Below, one piece after another: positions 26,779 to 36,984 of a stretch of DNA of 51,599 nucleotides. The stretch is from Candidatus Doudnabacteria bacterium (GTDB taxonomy: Bacteria; Patescibacteriota; Doudnabacteria; UBA920). Below the pieces are notes generated by a model. That model searched no databases. It was given only the letters and a program-made list of their open reading frames with translations, and was not told where the DNA came from. Where the stretch lies: positions 1 to 51,599 of the forward strand of contig JAHFJH010000005.1 of assembly GCA_023245995.1 (NCBI GenBank). The letters are read 5' to 3'. The position numbers and the translations under genes are program-made. The stretch's first letter is position 1, and every line of letters starts with the position of its first letter.

Positions 26779-28899
26779 CTATTTAGCTCCAGAAACTTTA
26801 TATAGTGAGCTGTTACCAACACTGAACACTACTTTTCCAAGTTCGGCAAATTTTTGTTCGTTTAAGTTTTTGTATGTGGTGCGTTCTAGTTGCCCTATAT
26901 ACACATATTCAATATGGTATTGCTCTAGTAGCTGAAGCGCTTCTAGCGCATTGTTTGTTTCATAGAGTGTTCTCGTGTCGCCACTAACTTTACTTACCGC
27001 ACCCCATCCAGTTTCCACTTGCTCTCCGGGCTTTGCGTGAAGCGCGTTTTTGCCTTGGAAACGCCATGTCCATTCATGCGTACTCCAGCCCATTGGCGTG
27101 CTGTTGCCAGTGTAAGTGACCATGCGTGAAAAAGTTGTGTAGCTGTCACCAACGGCCTCGGCAATTACAGTACGGTTTGGTATATGTGTGTTTATATACT
27201 GCACTGTTGCGTAGTCTTCTGGTGTTTGCTCCTGCATCCAATGTGCTGCGTTTAGAGTTTTGGGCTCGTGGCTTGAAAGATAAAATTGCGCAATGGCGGC
27301 ATATGGGTACACGAGTCCTGCGCTAAGCGTTACTGCAACAAGTGTGTATACAAATGCAGTTGTCATGCGCGATGTTTGCCCTTTATATGTAAGTACACGA
27401 CCGAGTCCTGCTGAAAAAAGAATACAAAGCATGCTCCATGCGTGGTAGCCAAATTTAAAAGTAGTGTTGGCTCTAAAATACGGTGGGTTGGCAACGCTAT
27501 ATATATCTCTTATAAAAAATAATTCAACGCCTATAATAATACCAAAAGATAGCAAAAAAAGAATAAGTAGGTATGCATGCTCGTGTAGGTTTTTTCTATA
27601 ACGGTATAGAGCAAAACCACTGCCAAGTAAAAGCACCCCCCACATACCTATTTCTGCTTTTATGGGGGTTGGCCACTGAATGTTTGTGAGTGTGTGTTGT
27701 TTTACGTAGTCGGGGACAAATCCAAGTCCAAGTACGGGATTTTGAAAGCTTCTAAGCGCAGGCCAAAGTAGTACCCATGTGAATATAAGAACTAAAAACC
27801 CGAACTGAAGCCAGTGTTTAAGAGTAACTATTTTTGTATCTTTTGGTTCGTTTTGCCAAGCGCGTAGTAGTTTATAAAGTAGAGTAAGCCCTACTAGGCA
27901 GGAGAGTGAAATTAGGTCCCATGCGTTTATCATACCGCTTGTTGCCAGAGACAAGCCCAAGACCGGTGCAAGCCATAGTCGCGGTTTATCGTTTTCCATA
28001 ATAGCATATATAAGCAGTAAGCCGAGTAGAAAAAACGGTAGAGCTAAGAGGTGTGCGTGCAAGTCGCCTACTGTAAAGCTGTAGGAGGGGATTTCGTTTA
28101 TTATGTACGATGGGCTGTAAAGTCTGGTTGAAGATGCGTAAGAGCAGGTTGTGATTGGGTGAAAGAAGGAAGTCCTTAGAGCACAGTTGGCAAAAAATAG
28201 GGTACCACAAGTTGTAAGCAGTACTGCGCCGACTACGGCCATTTTTTTAGATTTAGACAGTGCGTATATTAAACTACCGGAAAGTAGGAGGCTTTGGCTG
28301 TAAATAAGTCCGAGCGCAAAGTTGTAGGTAAGGGTTACGGGCAAACGGGCAAGGTTACTGAGCAGGCTCATAAGGTATGAACCGTAATAATAGTAGTTTA
28401 CCGTGTGGCCAGCATACCATGGGTCTATAAATGGGAAATAGTTTGTTTTGCTAGCAGCCGAAAGCATGGCCATGTCCATAAATCTTTCGGTGCCGTTTGC
28501 TCCCGCATTGTGACTACGTAGCACTAGGTAAAGAGTAAAAGCTAGCAGGCCTAAAGCTTCAAGCAAAAGAGCTTGTTGCCAAAATGGTCTTCCAATTTCT
28601 TTTTTCTTTATATTTTCTGATGTGCTTTTTGCTTTTATTATGTAACTTATAAAAATGCCAGCAATAAATAATCCAGTAAATAAAACAAAAATGAGTGCGT
28701 GTGACTGGTAGTTAAGAATTCGTGCAGAAGCCAAGAGCCAGATAAAATAACCAAATACTACCAAGCCTAGTGCTTTTGCAATTGTGTAACTAAGTAAGTT
28801 GTTACTAAATATTTGTTTGCTAATTGGAAAACCAATAAAAGCAAGGCATGTAGTGACTAAGTAAAACAAAATCCCTAAGAGTAATTCTGAAAATAACAT
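26779..28899 (-). CDS. DUF2298 (YYY) membrane protein, probable GT-C fold
   Basis: ERFMD, DPWYAG..VNYYYYG, INEIP.YSF..GDLHAH and NTTFKF.Y..W. Confidence 0.85.
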   Translation of the reverse strand: MLFSELLLGILFYLVTTCLAFIGFPISKQIFSNNLLSYTIAKALGLVVFGYFIWLLASARILNYQSHALIFVLFTGLFIAGIFISYIIKAKSTSENIKKKEIGRPFWQQALLLEALGLLAFTLYLVLRSHNAGANGTERFMDMAMLSAASKTNYFPFIDPWYAGHTVNYYYYGSYLMSLLSNLARLPVTLTYNFALGLIYSQSLLLSGSLIYALSKSKKMAVVGAVLLTTCGTLFFANCALRTSFFHPITTCSYASSTRLYSPSYIINEIPSYSFTVGDLHAHLLALPFFLLGLLLIYAIMENDKPRLWLAPVLGLSLATSGMINAWDLISLSCLVGLTLLYKLLRAWQNEPKDTKIVTLKHWLQFGFLVLIFTWVLLWPALRSFQNPVLGLGFVPDYVKQHTLTNIQWPTPIKAEIGMWGVLLLGSGFALYRYRKNLHEHAYLLILFLLSFGIIIGVELFFIRDIYSVANPPYFRANTTFKFGYHAWSMLCILFSAGLGRVLTYKGQTSRMTTAFVYTLVAVTLSAGLVYPYAAIAQFYLSSHEPKTLNAAHWMQEQTPEDYATVQYINTHIPNRTVIAEAVGDSYTTFSRMVTYTGNSTPMGWSTHEWTWRFQGKNALHAKPGEQVETGWGAVSKVSGDTRTLYETNNALEALQLLEQYHIEYVYIGQLERTTYKNLNEQKFAELGKVVFSVGNSSLYKVSGAK

Positions 28900-29149
28900 A
28901 TATAATGCTGTAAATTTTTTTGTTTATGTAAGAATAGTATATCATGATCTGTGCTAGGATTTTGATTTTACTAATATGCAAGCAGTCCATAATTGCCATA
29001 AGTGTGTTTGCTAGATTTGCTCTTATTTGCGACCTTTTTTGTATAAGTATAGTTTGTTGCATAAAGCATATTTCATTTATATATGTTTAGGTGTATAACG
29101 TATATAGAGGGTTTTAGTAGCCAATTTTGGCTGTAAATTTTTATAAAAA

Positions 29150-29713
29150 ATGAACGAACTAGAAGCTCACAACTTACACGAACACACTATACGCAGTAGT
29201 ATTACCGTGCTGTTATTTCGTGGCGCGGTGGCATGGCTGTTGTTTGCTGTGTTGTCTTATGGTGTTGACGAGTTACCAATTGTGCTTCAGATGTTAGTAG
29301 ATAGAGGCACAGAGTTTTCGTTCTTTACTGTAGAGGATGCCATACAAGGCCTTGCGCTTATGCATTTTGTTTTGAATATTTTGTATGGGGGTTTGTTGCT
29401 GTATGTAGTGTTGTCATGGATTTTTGAGTACTATATTATTCGTCCAGACGCAATTGTAGTAAGACAAGGGATTTTGTTTAGTCACGAACATTTGTACCAA
29501 ATGGAAGACATAAAAAGCATAGAGGTGCACGAAAGTTTTTGGGGAAAGTTATTTATGTTCGGGACTATAGAGTTTTTTGCGCATAGAGCGCAACAGAAGG
29601 TGTTTCTTCGCTCTATAGAAAATCCACACTCAGTGGCCGCGCACATTCATGAAATGCATCCTGCTCCAGAAACTGTAGAGCTTACAAGCGCGCGTATTGG
29701 TAAAGGTAAATAG
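29150..29713 (+). CDS. membrane protein with bacterial PH domain
   Basis: Two TM segments, then YII...IVVRQGILF...IKSIEV.ESFWGKLF.FGTI. Confidence 0.8.
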   Translation: MNELEAHNLHEHTIRSSITVLLFRGAVAWLLFAVLSYGVDELPIVLQMLVDRGTEFSFFTVEDAIQGLALMHFVLNILYGGLLLYVVLSWIFEYYIIRPDAIVVRQGILFSHEHLYQMEDIKSIEVHESFWGKLFMFGTIEFFAHRAQQKVFLRSIENPHSVAAHIHEMHPAPETVELTSARIGKGK

Positions 29714-29773
29714 TTAAATAATTTACAAGTAAACCGACAAGGCTTGCTCAGGCTTTGTCACGAAAGGAATTTT

Positions 29774-30031
29774 ATGCCAGAAGAGACAACGCATGAACAA
29801 AAGGAAGAGTTTAAAGTGCATGGTGACGACATAGTAAAGAAAATAAAAGAAATAATTAAGGCCGGCAATGCTCGGCGTATAATTTTGAAGAATGAGAAAG
29901 GTGAGGTGCTAATGGAAATTCCATTGACCTTTGCTGTAGTGGGCACGGTTTTTGCACCCATTTTGGCTGCTGTGGGTGCATTGGCTGCTCTGGTTTCAGA
30001 GTGCAGTATAACGGTAGTAAGAAAGGAGTAA
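29774..30031 (+). CDS. DUF4342 family protein
   Basis: EEFKV.GD.IVKKIKEII.AGN.RRII.K...EIPLT; AAGGA SD before ATG 29774. Confidence 0.85.
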   Translation: MPEETTHEQKEEFKVHGDDIVKKIKEIIKAGNARRIILKNEKGEVLMEIPLTFAVVGTVFAPILAAVGALAALVSECSITVVRKE

Positions 30032-30032
30032 T

Positions 30033-30257
30033 ATGCATTTTGTATATAGAGATTATCCATTTATAACATTTTATAGTCCTGGTTTGAGGGCGTTTGTAGT
30101 CTTTGCGCTTTTGTGGACGCTAATATGGAAAGGTATTGCACTATGGAAGGCAGGGAGGAATGGCCATTTGTCGTGGTTTGTTGCTTTGTTTTTGCTGAAT
30201 ACGCTTGGAATACTAGATATTGTGTACATTGTTTGGTTTGCTAAAAAGAAAGTTTAG
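30033..30257 (+). CDS. DUF5652-like small membrane protein
   Basis: LWTLIWKGIALWKAGRN...WFVAL..LNTLGIL.I.YI. Confidence 0.8.
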   Translation: MHFVYRDYPFITFYSPGLRAFVVFALLWTLIWKGIALWKAGRNGHLSWFVALFLLNTLGILDIVYIVWFAKKKV

Positions 30258-30259
30258 CA

Positions 30260-30736
30260 ATGAAAAAGCTACTTGTTGTACAAACAGTCGTATTGTTGTT
30301 TGGCGCGGTATTTGCTTGGCAAAGCGTCACGAAGAATTTTATTCGGTTTTACCATATAGAGGGGACTATATTCAAAGTAACAAATTGCAGTATTCCTAAC
30401 CCTATAACTGAAGCCTGTTTTTATGGCGCGGTTGCATTTGTTGTTGCATTTCTTTTATCTCTTGTGATTATTAGGACACAGGAACACCGCTATTTGGCCA
30501 GACAGAAATATTTGCTTTGGTTTTTGTGTGCCGGTACAGTTTTTGCTTGGTTTAATGTAAGCAAAGAATTTATCGCATTCTATAGCGCTCATGGTAAAGT
30601 GGTGCTGGGTGGTTCTGCTACGCCCATTACAAGTCCGTTTTACACACCTTGCTTTACGGGGGCAATGATATTTTTACTTTCTGCTTTTGTTGCTTATATT
30701 CTTTTCGTCTATGGCCGTAAGGGTGTATTGAAGTAG
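30260..30736 (+). CDS. four-TM membrane protein with internal duplication
   Basis: FAWQSV..NFIRFY...PITEACFYGA and FAWFNV..EFIAFY...PFYTPCFTGA. Confidence 0.7.
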   Translation: MKKLLVVQTVVLLFGAVFAWQSVTKNFIRFYHIEGTIFKVTNCSIPNPITEACFYGAVAFVVAFLLSLVIIRTQEHRYLARQKYLLWFLCAGTVFAWFNVSKEFIAFYSAHGKVVLGGSATPITSPFYTPCFTGAMIFLLSAFVAYILFVYGRKGVLK

Positions 30737-30801
30737 TCTTTTTACGTCCAGTCGCATATTCTATATAAGATAATATTTATTGATTAAGTTAACAAAAACA
30801 G

Positions 30802-30833
30802 AAAACCCCTCGTATGTATATGCGAGGGGTTTT
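30802..30833. terminator. bidirectional intrinsic terminator
   Basis: AAAACCCCTCGTAT/ATGCGAGGGGTTTT. Confidence 0.75.
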
Positions 30834-30870
30834 GGTTTACTCATACAAGTTTTAAATTATGAAGGGTTAT

Positions 30871-31311
30871 TTAGAACCACGTGCCATGGCCAAGCGTGCC
30901 ACGATGACCGCCACCGAGCTTGCCATTTTTCATTTGAGTTTGCATAAATTGCAGTCTTTGGTCGGCCTGTGCTTGGGTTATAACCCCGCTGGTAACTAAG
31001 GCTTGTAAATGGTCTTTGGCTTGTTGCACATGCATGCTTTGCATTTTCGTCTTTAATTGTTCTTCTGAAATGCCTTTCTCTTTTGCTAAGTCTTGTAAGC
31101 TTTGCCCTTTTGCCCAAGACGCCTTAACATCCTCTACACTTATTCCTAAAATGTCTGCCTGTTTTTGGAACATTGTGCTTTGAGCAGTTGCTATTTCTTG
31201 TGGGTTGGCGGAGCTACCCATCATGCCAAAACCATGTGCGCTCGCAGTGCCCGCAACCAGCGCTAAAGCCAAAACTGGCAAGAGCGCATAACCTATGTAT
31301 CTTTTTTTCAT
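30871..31311 (-). CDS. secreted helical hypothetical protein
   Basis: Signal peptide MKKRYIGYALLPVLALALVAGTASA; ADILGIS...GQSL.DLAKEKGIS and LV..GVITQAQAD. Confidence 0.8.
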   Translation of the reverse strand: MKKRYIGYALLPVLALALVAGTASAHGFGMMGSSANPQEIATAQSTMFQKQADILGISVEDVKASWAKGQSLQDLAKEKGISEEQLKTKMQSMHVQQAKDHLQALVTSGVITQAQADQRLQFMQTQMKNGKLGGGHRGTLGHGTWF

Positions 31312-31431
31312 AAAATATAAATTAATAATAGTGTGTAGCAAAGATCGGCCGATCATGCCTTGCAATGTATATTACCTATTGTGGACATAATTATTTCACA
31401 AATAAAAAACCTCGTCAGTAAGGCGAAGTTT

Positions 31432-32184
31432 TTATTCCGTAATATTATATCTTAGGGTGTGTATGTCGTGCTCTATCCATGGGGGCGCTTCTGGAAGCTC
31501 TTGTACGCCGACTGCTTGTATATTTTCGTTTATTCTAGAGCCGAACACCATAACTAAGTCGTTTATAGTGACGTCTTGGTCGTTTACAATTGTTTCTGGA
31601 GTAAGTGTTACCACAAATGTTTCGTGGCGGTGGCCTTCTAGGGTAAATCCAGTTGCAGTTTTAGTTTTTATAAGTCCAATAACGGCGTTGCGCATGGGAG
31701 GAAACGAGTGCACGCGGTACAGAGCGCCCGCAAAAGGTAGCTTGCCCATTGTCGCTTGCCTATAGGCTTCTTCATGCAAGTGAGTTTTGTCTACTAGAAA
31801 TCCACTTACACATACAAGCAAAGTTAAACCGGCAACCGAGACAACCAGAGGGCGCTTATAAGCAAAGGAGTATTGGCGTACTAAGATTTCTACAATAGTT
31901 AAAAATACCAAAGCAAGCAGGACAAATATCCACGGCAGTGAACGCAGTAGCTCTTCGACTCCGGCAAGTCCGAATGTGGGAGCATAGAGCGCACCGTTTT
32001 GTCTTAGCATGAACACAGTAAAACTTACTACATATACTAGAGCAAGGGCTGTTAGTACTGCGCCGACAATAACCAAAGCTGTGCGCAACAAAAAGTGCCA
32101 TTTTGGCTTCATAATTATTGAGTGGCTCTGTATGCTTGCGAGCACGGAATCTTTTATGGAATTGTTAGGCGTTTCTGGGTGCAT
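31432..32184 (-). CDS. membrane protein, probable anti-sigma partner
   Basis: Overlaps the end of the ECF sigma gene; three TM segments and a soluble C-terminus. Confidence 0.65.
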   Translation of the reverse strand: MHPETPNNSIKDSVLASIQSHSIIMKPKWHFLLRTALVIVGAVLTALALVYVVSFTVFMLRQNGALYAPTFGLAGVEELLRSLPWIFVLLALVFLTIVEILVRQYSFAYKRPLVVSVAGLTLLVCVSGFLVDKTHLHEEAYRQATMGKLPFAGALYRVHSFPPMRNAVIGLIKTKTATGFTLEGHRHETFVVTLTPETIVNDQDVTINDLVMVFGSRINENIQAVGVQELPEAPPWIEHDIHTLRYNITE

Positions 32185-32755
32185 AGGATTTTTCTAAATG
32201 TATATAGGCTTTTCTAAGTAGTTGTTTACCGCGATTTATTCGCACACCAACGGTAGAGGTTGGTATGTGCATTATTTCAGCTATGGTTTGGTAGTCCATG
32301 TCTTCGTAAAAGTAAAGTACTAAAGGTTCTCTGTATTTTGGGTCAAGCTTTTCAAGACAGGAGTCGAGAATGTCTTTTAACTCTGCTTTTTGTATGTCGT
32401 CGTCGGTGCGTGTTGGCTCTACTGGATGGGGGAATAGTGTATCGGGGTCAAAAAACGGGATTGGCTCCTTACCTTTCTTTTTTATTGCATTTATAAACTC
32501 GTTATGGGCAATGCGATATATCCATGCAGAAAAAGAGCGCGCGGTATCAAAACTTTGTAGGTTGGCATAGGCTTTTAGGAAAACATCTTGCACAACATCT
32601 TCGGCCTCAGTATAGCCAAATAAGAATCTGCGAGCGTAACGTTTTAGTGGTTGCTCGAAGCGTTCTACAAGTATGCCAAAAGCTTCTGCTTTGCCATTTT
32701 GCGCTTCTTGGGCAATTGCCTCGTCTGTTTTTTTTAGGCTTTCCATATCTTTCAT
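32165..32755 (-). CDS. ECF RNA polymerase sigma factor
   Basis: AEDVVQDVFLKAY.NL.SFD..RSFSAWIYRIAHN and MDYQTIAEIMHIPTSTVGVRINRG. Confidence 0.93.
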   Translation of the reverse strand: MKDMESLKKTDEAIAQEAQNGKAEAFGILVERFEQPLKRYARRFLFGYTEAEDVVQDVFLKAYANLQSFDTARSFSAWIYRIAHNEFINAIKKKGKEPIPFFDPDTLFPHPVEPTRTDDDIQKAELKDILDSCLEKLDPKYREPLVLYFYEDMDYQTIAEIMHIPTSTVGVRINRGKQLLRKAYIHLEKSYAPRNA

Positions 32756-32901
32756 ATAATACAACAAATTCCGACATTTATTACAATCTTTTGAAATTTA
32801 TAAAAAATAAGCATATTTATAACATATTCTCGCTTGTGTGCTAAAATATAATATATATCAAAGCAATCCGAAACAAATACAATACGTAGCAGCTTTTTAG
32901 C

Positions 32902-34776
32902 ATGCAACAAACACATAAAATTTTTGGTAGCGTACAAGCTTGGTTTAACCAAACACCAAAGCGTGGTTTGGTATTTGGTTTTACGCTTATAGAGTTGGTG
33001 GTGGGTGTTGCAGTTATGACTATTTTGCTTGCTGGTGTGCTAGGTGCGACAAGTAGCATAGTACGGTCTGCTAAGGTGGCGCGAGAAAAAACTATATTGA
33101 ATAGCTTGGTTTCCGCAGATTTAGAAATAGTAAGAAATTTACCCTATAGCCAAATTGGTACAGTCAACGGCAATCCAACGGGCGCTTTGGCCGATGCGAG
33201 CAATCCGAAAAGTATTACTTCGGAAGGCAGAAGTTACCAAATTTACTACGAAGTCACTTACTTGGATGACCCTGCCGATGGCACGGTTCTTTCTAGCCCA
33301 GCTGACACTGCACCGAATGATTACAAACAGGTAAAGATGTTTGTTCGGGAAGTGGCGAGTGGCAAAGTAACAAGCATTTTAACTAATTTTTCTCCAAAGG
33401 GGTTGGAGGGCTTGGTAAATGCAGGGGCCTTGGTTATAACAGTCTTTGATGCTGCAGGCCAACCCGTTCCAAATGCTTCTGTGCACATAGAGAATTTGGC
33501 TATTAACCCTGACATAGTATTGGACAGAACTACTGACTCTAGTGGTAGGTGGATAGAAGTAGGCTTGCCAGTTTGGGTTAACGGTTACCACATTGTTGCT
33601 ACGAAGACTGGTTATTCCACAGATCAGACGTATCCAATTACCGCTCAAAATCCAAATCCTATAAAACCAGACTCGACTATAGCGAATGGCACTGTTACGC
33701 AAGTGAGTTTTGCTATAGACCTGCTTTCTAATTTAACTATTAAAACAGTAAACCAGTTTTGCCAGTCAATAAGCGGTGTAGGAATAAACGTGCGCGGTGC
33801 AAAAACTATTGGCACAAGTCCAGCAGTCTATAAATTCGACAACAATTATACATCAAGTGGCGGTCAGGTACAGCTTTCAAATATTGAATGGGATACTTAC
33901 ACACCTGTCTTGCAAGCAGGAGAGCCTTACACTATATATGGAACTTCTCCAGCACAGCAAGTAACAGTACTACCGAACACAACACAGACTTTTACTTTCG
34001 TTTTGGGTGCTGCGACGACCAACAGTTTGCGCGTTATAGTTAAAGACGCGGCTACTGGTGCGCCTATTGAAGGGGCTGCTGTGCATTTGCAAAAGGGCGG
34101 AAGCGTTCCACAGGACTACTATGCTACAACCGGTGGCAGTGTTTGGTCGCAGGCAGACTGGTCCGGTGGTTCCGGACAAACTTCGTGGCTTCCCCAGCCA
34201 CCTAACAGAGTAGACAAATATGCAAGTGATGATGGCAACATAGATAGCAATAGCGCGCCCACAGGCATGCGTCTTAGGAAGACGAGCGGAAAGTATGCGC
34301 TTTCTGGCATGGCAGAGTCATCTACTTTTGACACCGGTACTGGCGCAAGCAATTTTACCACCATTACTTGGGAGCCTACGTCACAAAATCCTGCTACTAC
34401 GTTAAAATTTCAAATTGCAACTTCTAACGACCCAGCGCATACATGGGTTAACGCCGACTTTAAGGGTCCAGACGGTACAAGCGGGTCTTATTACACAGTT
34501 TCTGGTACCACAATTAATAGCGTACACGACAACAACCAGTACATGCGCTATAGGGTGTACGAGTCTACTACAGATGATAAAAAAACTCCTGTTCTTACTA
34601 GCTTACTTGTTAACTATGTTTCTGGGTGTTTTACTCCTGGGCAGGTGGAGTTTCCTGGTCTGACTTCAGGAAATAATTACGACATGGACATCTCGATTGT
34701 TGGTTACCAGACTTATACTGAGAATAATTTTCAAATAAATGGGAATATTGTTAAAGAAATTTTAATGAGCCCGTAG
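32902..34776 (+). CDS. large prepilin-type protein with carboxypeptidase-regulatory-like (Ig) domains
   Basis: G|FTLIELVV type IV pilin cleavage motif; VFDAAGQPVPNASV and VKDAATGAPIEGAAV repeats. Confidence 0.85.
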   Translation: MQQTHKIFGSVQAWFNQTPKRGLVFGFTLIELVVGVAVMTILLAGVLGATSSIVRSAKVAREKTILNSLVSADLEIVRNLPYSQIGTVNGNPTGALADASNPKSITSEGRSYQIYYEVTYLDDPADGTVLSSPADTAPNDYKQVKMFVREVASGKVTSILTNFSPKGLEGLVNAGALVITVFDAAGQPVPNASVHIENLAINPDIVLDRTTDSSGRWIEVGLPVWVNGYHIVATKTGYSTDQTYPITAQNPNPIKPDSTIANGTVTQVSFAIDLLSNLTIKTVNQFCQSISGVGINVRGAKTIGTSPAVYKFDNNYTSSGGQVQLSNIEWDTYTPVLQAGEPYTIYGTSPAQQVTVLPNTTQTFTFVLGAATTNSLRVIVKDAATGAPIEGAAVHLQKGGSVPQDYYATTGGSVWSQADWSGGSGQTSWLPQPPNRVDKYASDDGNIDSNSAPTGMRLRKTSGKYALSGMAESSTFDTGTGASNFTTITWEPTSQNPATTLKFQIATSNDPAHTWVNADFKGPDGTSGSYYTVSGTTINSVHDNNQYMRYRVYESTTDDKKTPVLTSLLVNYVSGCFTPGQVEFPGLTSGNNYDMDISIVGYQTYTENNFQINGNIVKEILMSP

Positions 34777-34795
34777 TAGGTGTAATTTTAGATTT

Positions 34796-35425
34796 ATGAT
34801 TTCAGATTTCAGAATTAAGGTTCAAGGATTCACGCTTATAGAGTTGATTATTTCTATTGCGGGGTTTGTCATAATTATGCTTGGTATAGTGGCAGTGATT
34901 TCCAACACTTTTAGCGTGAATAGACAACAGGGAACACTAATTTCAGACCAAGACCAAGCACGGAAAGTTGCGTTTACAGCCATGACCGAACTGCGCAATA
35001 GTGTTGCTTCCAATGTTGGCGCCTATCCTATAGTAGACGCCTCCGCACAACAACTGACTTTTTACTCAGACATAGACGGCGGACTAGACGTTGAGCGCGT
35101 ACGTTATTTTTTGCAAAATGGTGAACTAAAAAAAGGAGTGGTTAAGCCAACCGGCAACCCGCTAACTTATAATTTTGCAAGTGAAACAGTTACCAGTGTA
35201 CAAAAGAATATTGCCAATGGAGCAAATCCACTTTTTTACTATTACGATGGTAGCTATACCGGAGTAACCGATACTTTTATAGCCCAGCCGGTGAACGTTA
35301 CTGCCGTACGTCTTGTAAAAGTTAGTTTAGACATTTCTAACAAAGCCGGAGTAGCAAATACAAATAAATATACAGTCACCGCTATTGGGACTATAAGAAG
35401 TTTAAAAACAAATTTGGGTAACTAG
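34796..35425 (+). CDS. type IV minor pilin (PilW/PulJ-like)
   Basis: QG|FTLIELIISI, ELRN and LFYYYD. Confidence 0.85.
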   Translation: MISDFRIKVQGFTLIELIISIAGFVIIMLGIVAVISNTFSVNRQQGTLISDQDQARKVAFTAMTELRNSVASNVGAYPIVDASAQQLTFYSDIDGGLDVERVRYFLQNGELKKGVVKPTGNPLTYNFASETVTSVQKNIANGANPLFYYYDGSYTGVTDTFIAQPVNVTAVRLVKVSLDISNKAGVANTNKYTVTAIGTIRSLKTNLGN

Positions 35426-35427
35426 AG

Positions 35428-35506
35428 AAATTTCAGATTTAAGATTGCAGAATGTAGATTAATATGCTTTGCCAATCTGAACTCTTAAATCTGCAATCTG
35501 AAATTT
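35428..35506. repeat. heptad-periodic inverted repeat filling the intergenic spacer
   Basis: AAATTTCAGATT...AATCTGAAATTT; arms built from TTCAGAT TTAAGAT TGCAGAA TGTAGAT and AATCTGA ACTCTTA AATCTGC AATCTGA. Confidence 0.75.
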
Positions 35507-35521
35507 ATAATATATACGCAT

Positions 35522-36970
35522 ATGGATAATGCTATTAGCGTCAAGAGTATCCGACTCGCAAAAAATAAACATCAAGGGAGCATACTTATTTTTGAAGTAG
35601 TGGCGATTTTTATTACGTCTTTAGTTTTGCTTTCACTACTTGGGTATGCAAGCCAACAACTGCGTCTTGTTCGCTCTTCTGCTAACAAAGAATTGGCTTT
35701 CCATATTGCCGAAGCAGGTGCAAATTACTATGAATGGCACTTGGCGCACTTTGCTTCCGATTATGCCAACGGTACTGGCCAGACTGGTTGTAACCCTTGC
35801 GGACCTTATGTAACAGATTTCCGTGATACTGACGTGAATACGATTTTAGGACAGTATAGTTTGCTTATTACTCCACCACCGGTGGGCTCTACTGTTGTAA
35901 CTATCCAGTCCACTGGTTGGACAACCCAGGAGCCAAAAATAAAACGCACGGTAACGGTTCGGTATGGAGTACCGTCCTTAGCTAAGTATTCACTGCTTAC
36001 AAATACAGACATTTGGGTAGGGAATACTGAAACTGTAAGTGGAGAAATGCATGCCAACGGCGGTATTCGGTTTGACGGTACGGGCAACGCACCAATTTCT
36101 TCTGCTAAGTCCAACTATCCGCCGCCGCCAGCTTCAAACACCGGCTATTTGTGCCAATGGTACCATGGTTGTGGGCCTACTCAAAAACCTGGAATTTGGG
36201 GAGCTGCACCTGCTAGCACGCAAGCCTTTTGGCAAATAGGAGTTCCGACCATAGATTTTTCTAGCATGACCTCAGATCTTGCTACCATGAAAACAGATGC
36301 TCAGGCTTCGGGAATTTATTTACCGCCGTCAAGCGCTCAAGGTTACTCTTTAGTGTTTAACGCAAACGCCACCGTAAGCGTTTATAAGGTTACAAGTTTG
36401 CTTGCGCATCCTAGTGGTCAAGATGTAAATGGTGCCTCGCACAGCGAAGATTTAGATTATAACGCGCGGGCTTTGCAGTTCAACCAAGCTTTGCCAACAA
36501 ATGGCATTATATATGTGGAGGACAGGACTTGGGTAGAGGGAACTGTGGCGGGACGTGTTATGGTGGCAGCGGCAAAGCTGCCTTACAACGCTGCTACTGC
36601 ACCGAGTATACTTATCCCAAACAATATTTTATATACAGCAAAAGACGGTAGTGCAAGTTTGGGTTTGTTAGCTCAACAAGATGTGTTAATTACATATTCT
36701 TCGCCTAACGATTTGGAAATAGACGCAGCAATGGTGGCACAAAATGGCAGTACTGAGCGGTACTATTTTCCCGGGAACATTAAAAATACCATAACTATAT
36801 ATGGTGCTGTGGCCAGTTTTGGTGTGTGGACGTGGAACTGGAATAGCCCAGTAAATTCCGGATATGTAAACACCGTAACGGTTTATGATGGTAACCTGCT
36901 ATATGCTCCACCGCCTAAGTTTCCACTCTCTAGTGCTGGCTACCAGCAAATAAGTTGGGATAGTAATTAA
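35522..36970 (+). CDS. PilX/PulK-like minor pilin
   Basis: QG|SILIF hydrophobic N-terminus, AFHIAEAG, GEMHANG and YDGNLLY.PPP.FP. Confidence 0.8.
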   Translation: MDNAISVKSIRLAKNKHQGSILIFEVVAIFITSLVLLSLLGYASQQLRLVRSSANKELAFHIAEAGANYYEWHLAHFASDYANGTGQTGCNPCGPYVTDFRDTDVNTILGQYSLLITPPPVGSTVVTIQSTGWTTQEPKIKRTVTVRYGVPSLAKYSLLTNTDIWVGNTETVSGEMHANGGIRFDGTGNAPISSAKSNYPPPPASNTGYLCQWYHGCGPTQKPGIWGAAPASTQAFWQIGVPTIDFSSMTSDLATMKTDAQASGIYLPPSSAQGYSLVFNANATVSVYKVTSLLAHPSGQDVNGASHSEDLDYNARALQFNQALPTNGIIYVEDRTWVEGTVAGRVMVAAAKLPYNAATAPSILIPNNILYTAKDGSASLGLLAQQDVLITYSSPNDLEIDAAMVAQNGSTERYYFPGNIKNTITIYGAVASFGVWTWNWNSPVNSGYVNTVTVYDGNLLYAPPPKFPLSSAGYQQISWDSN

Positions 36971-36984
36971 AAGTAGAATTTAGA

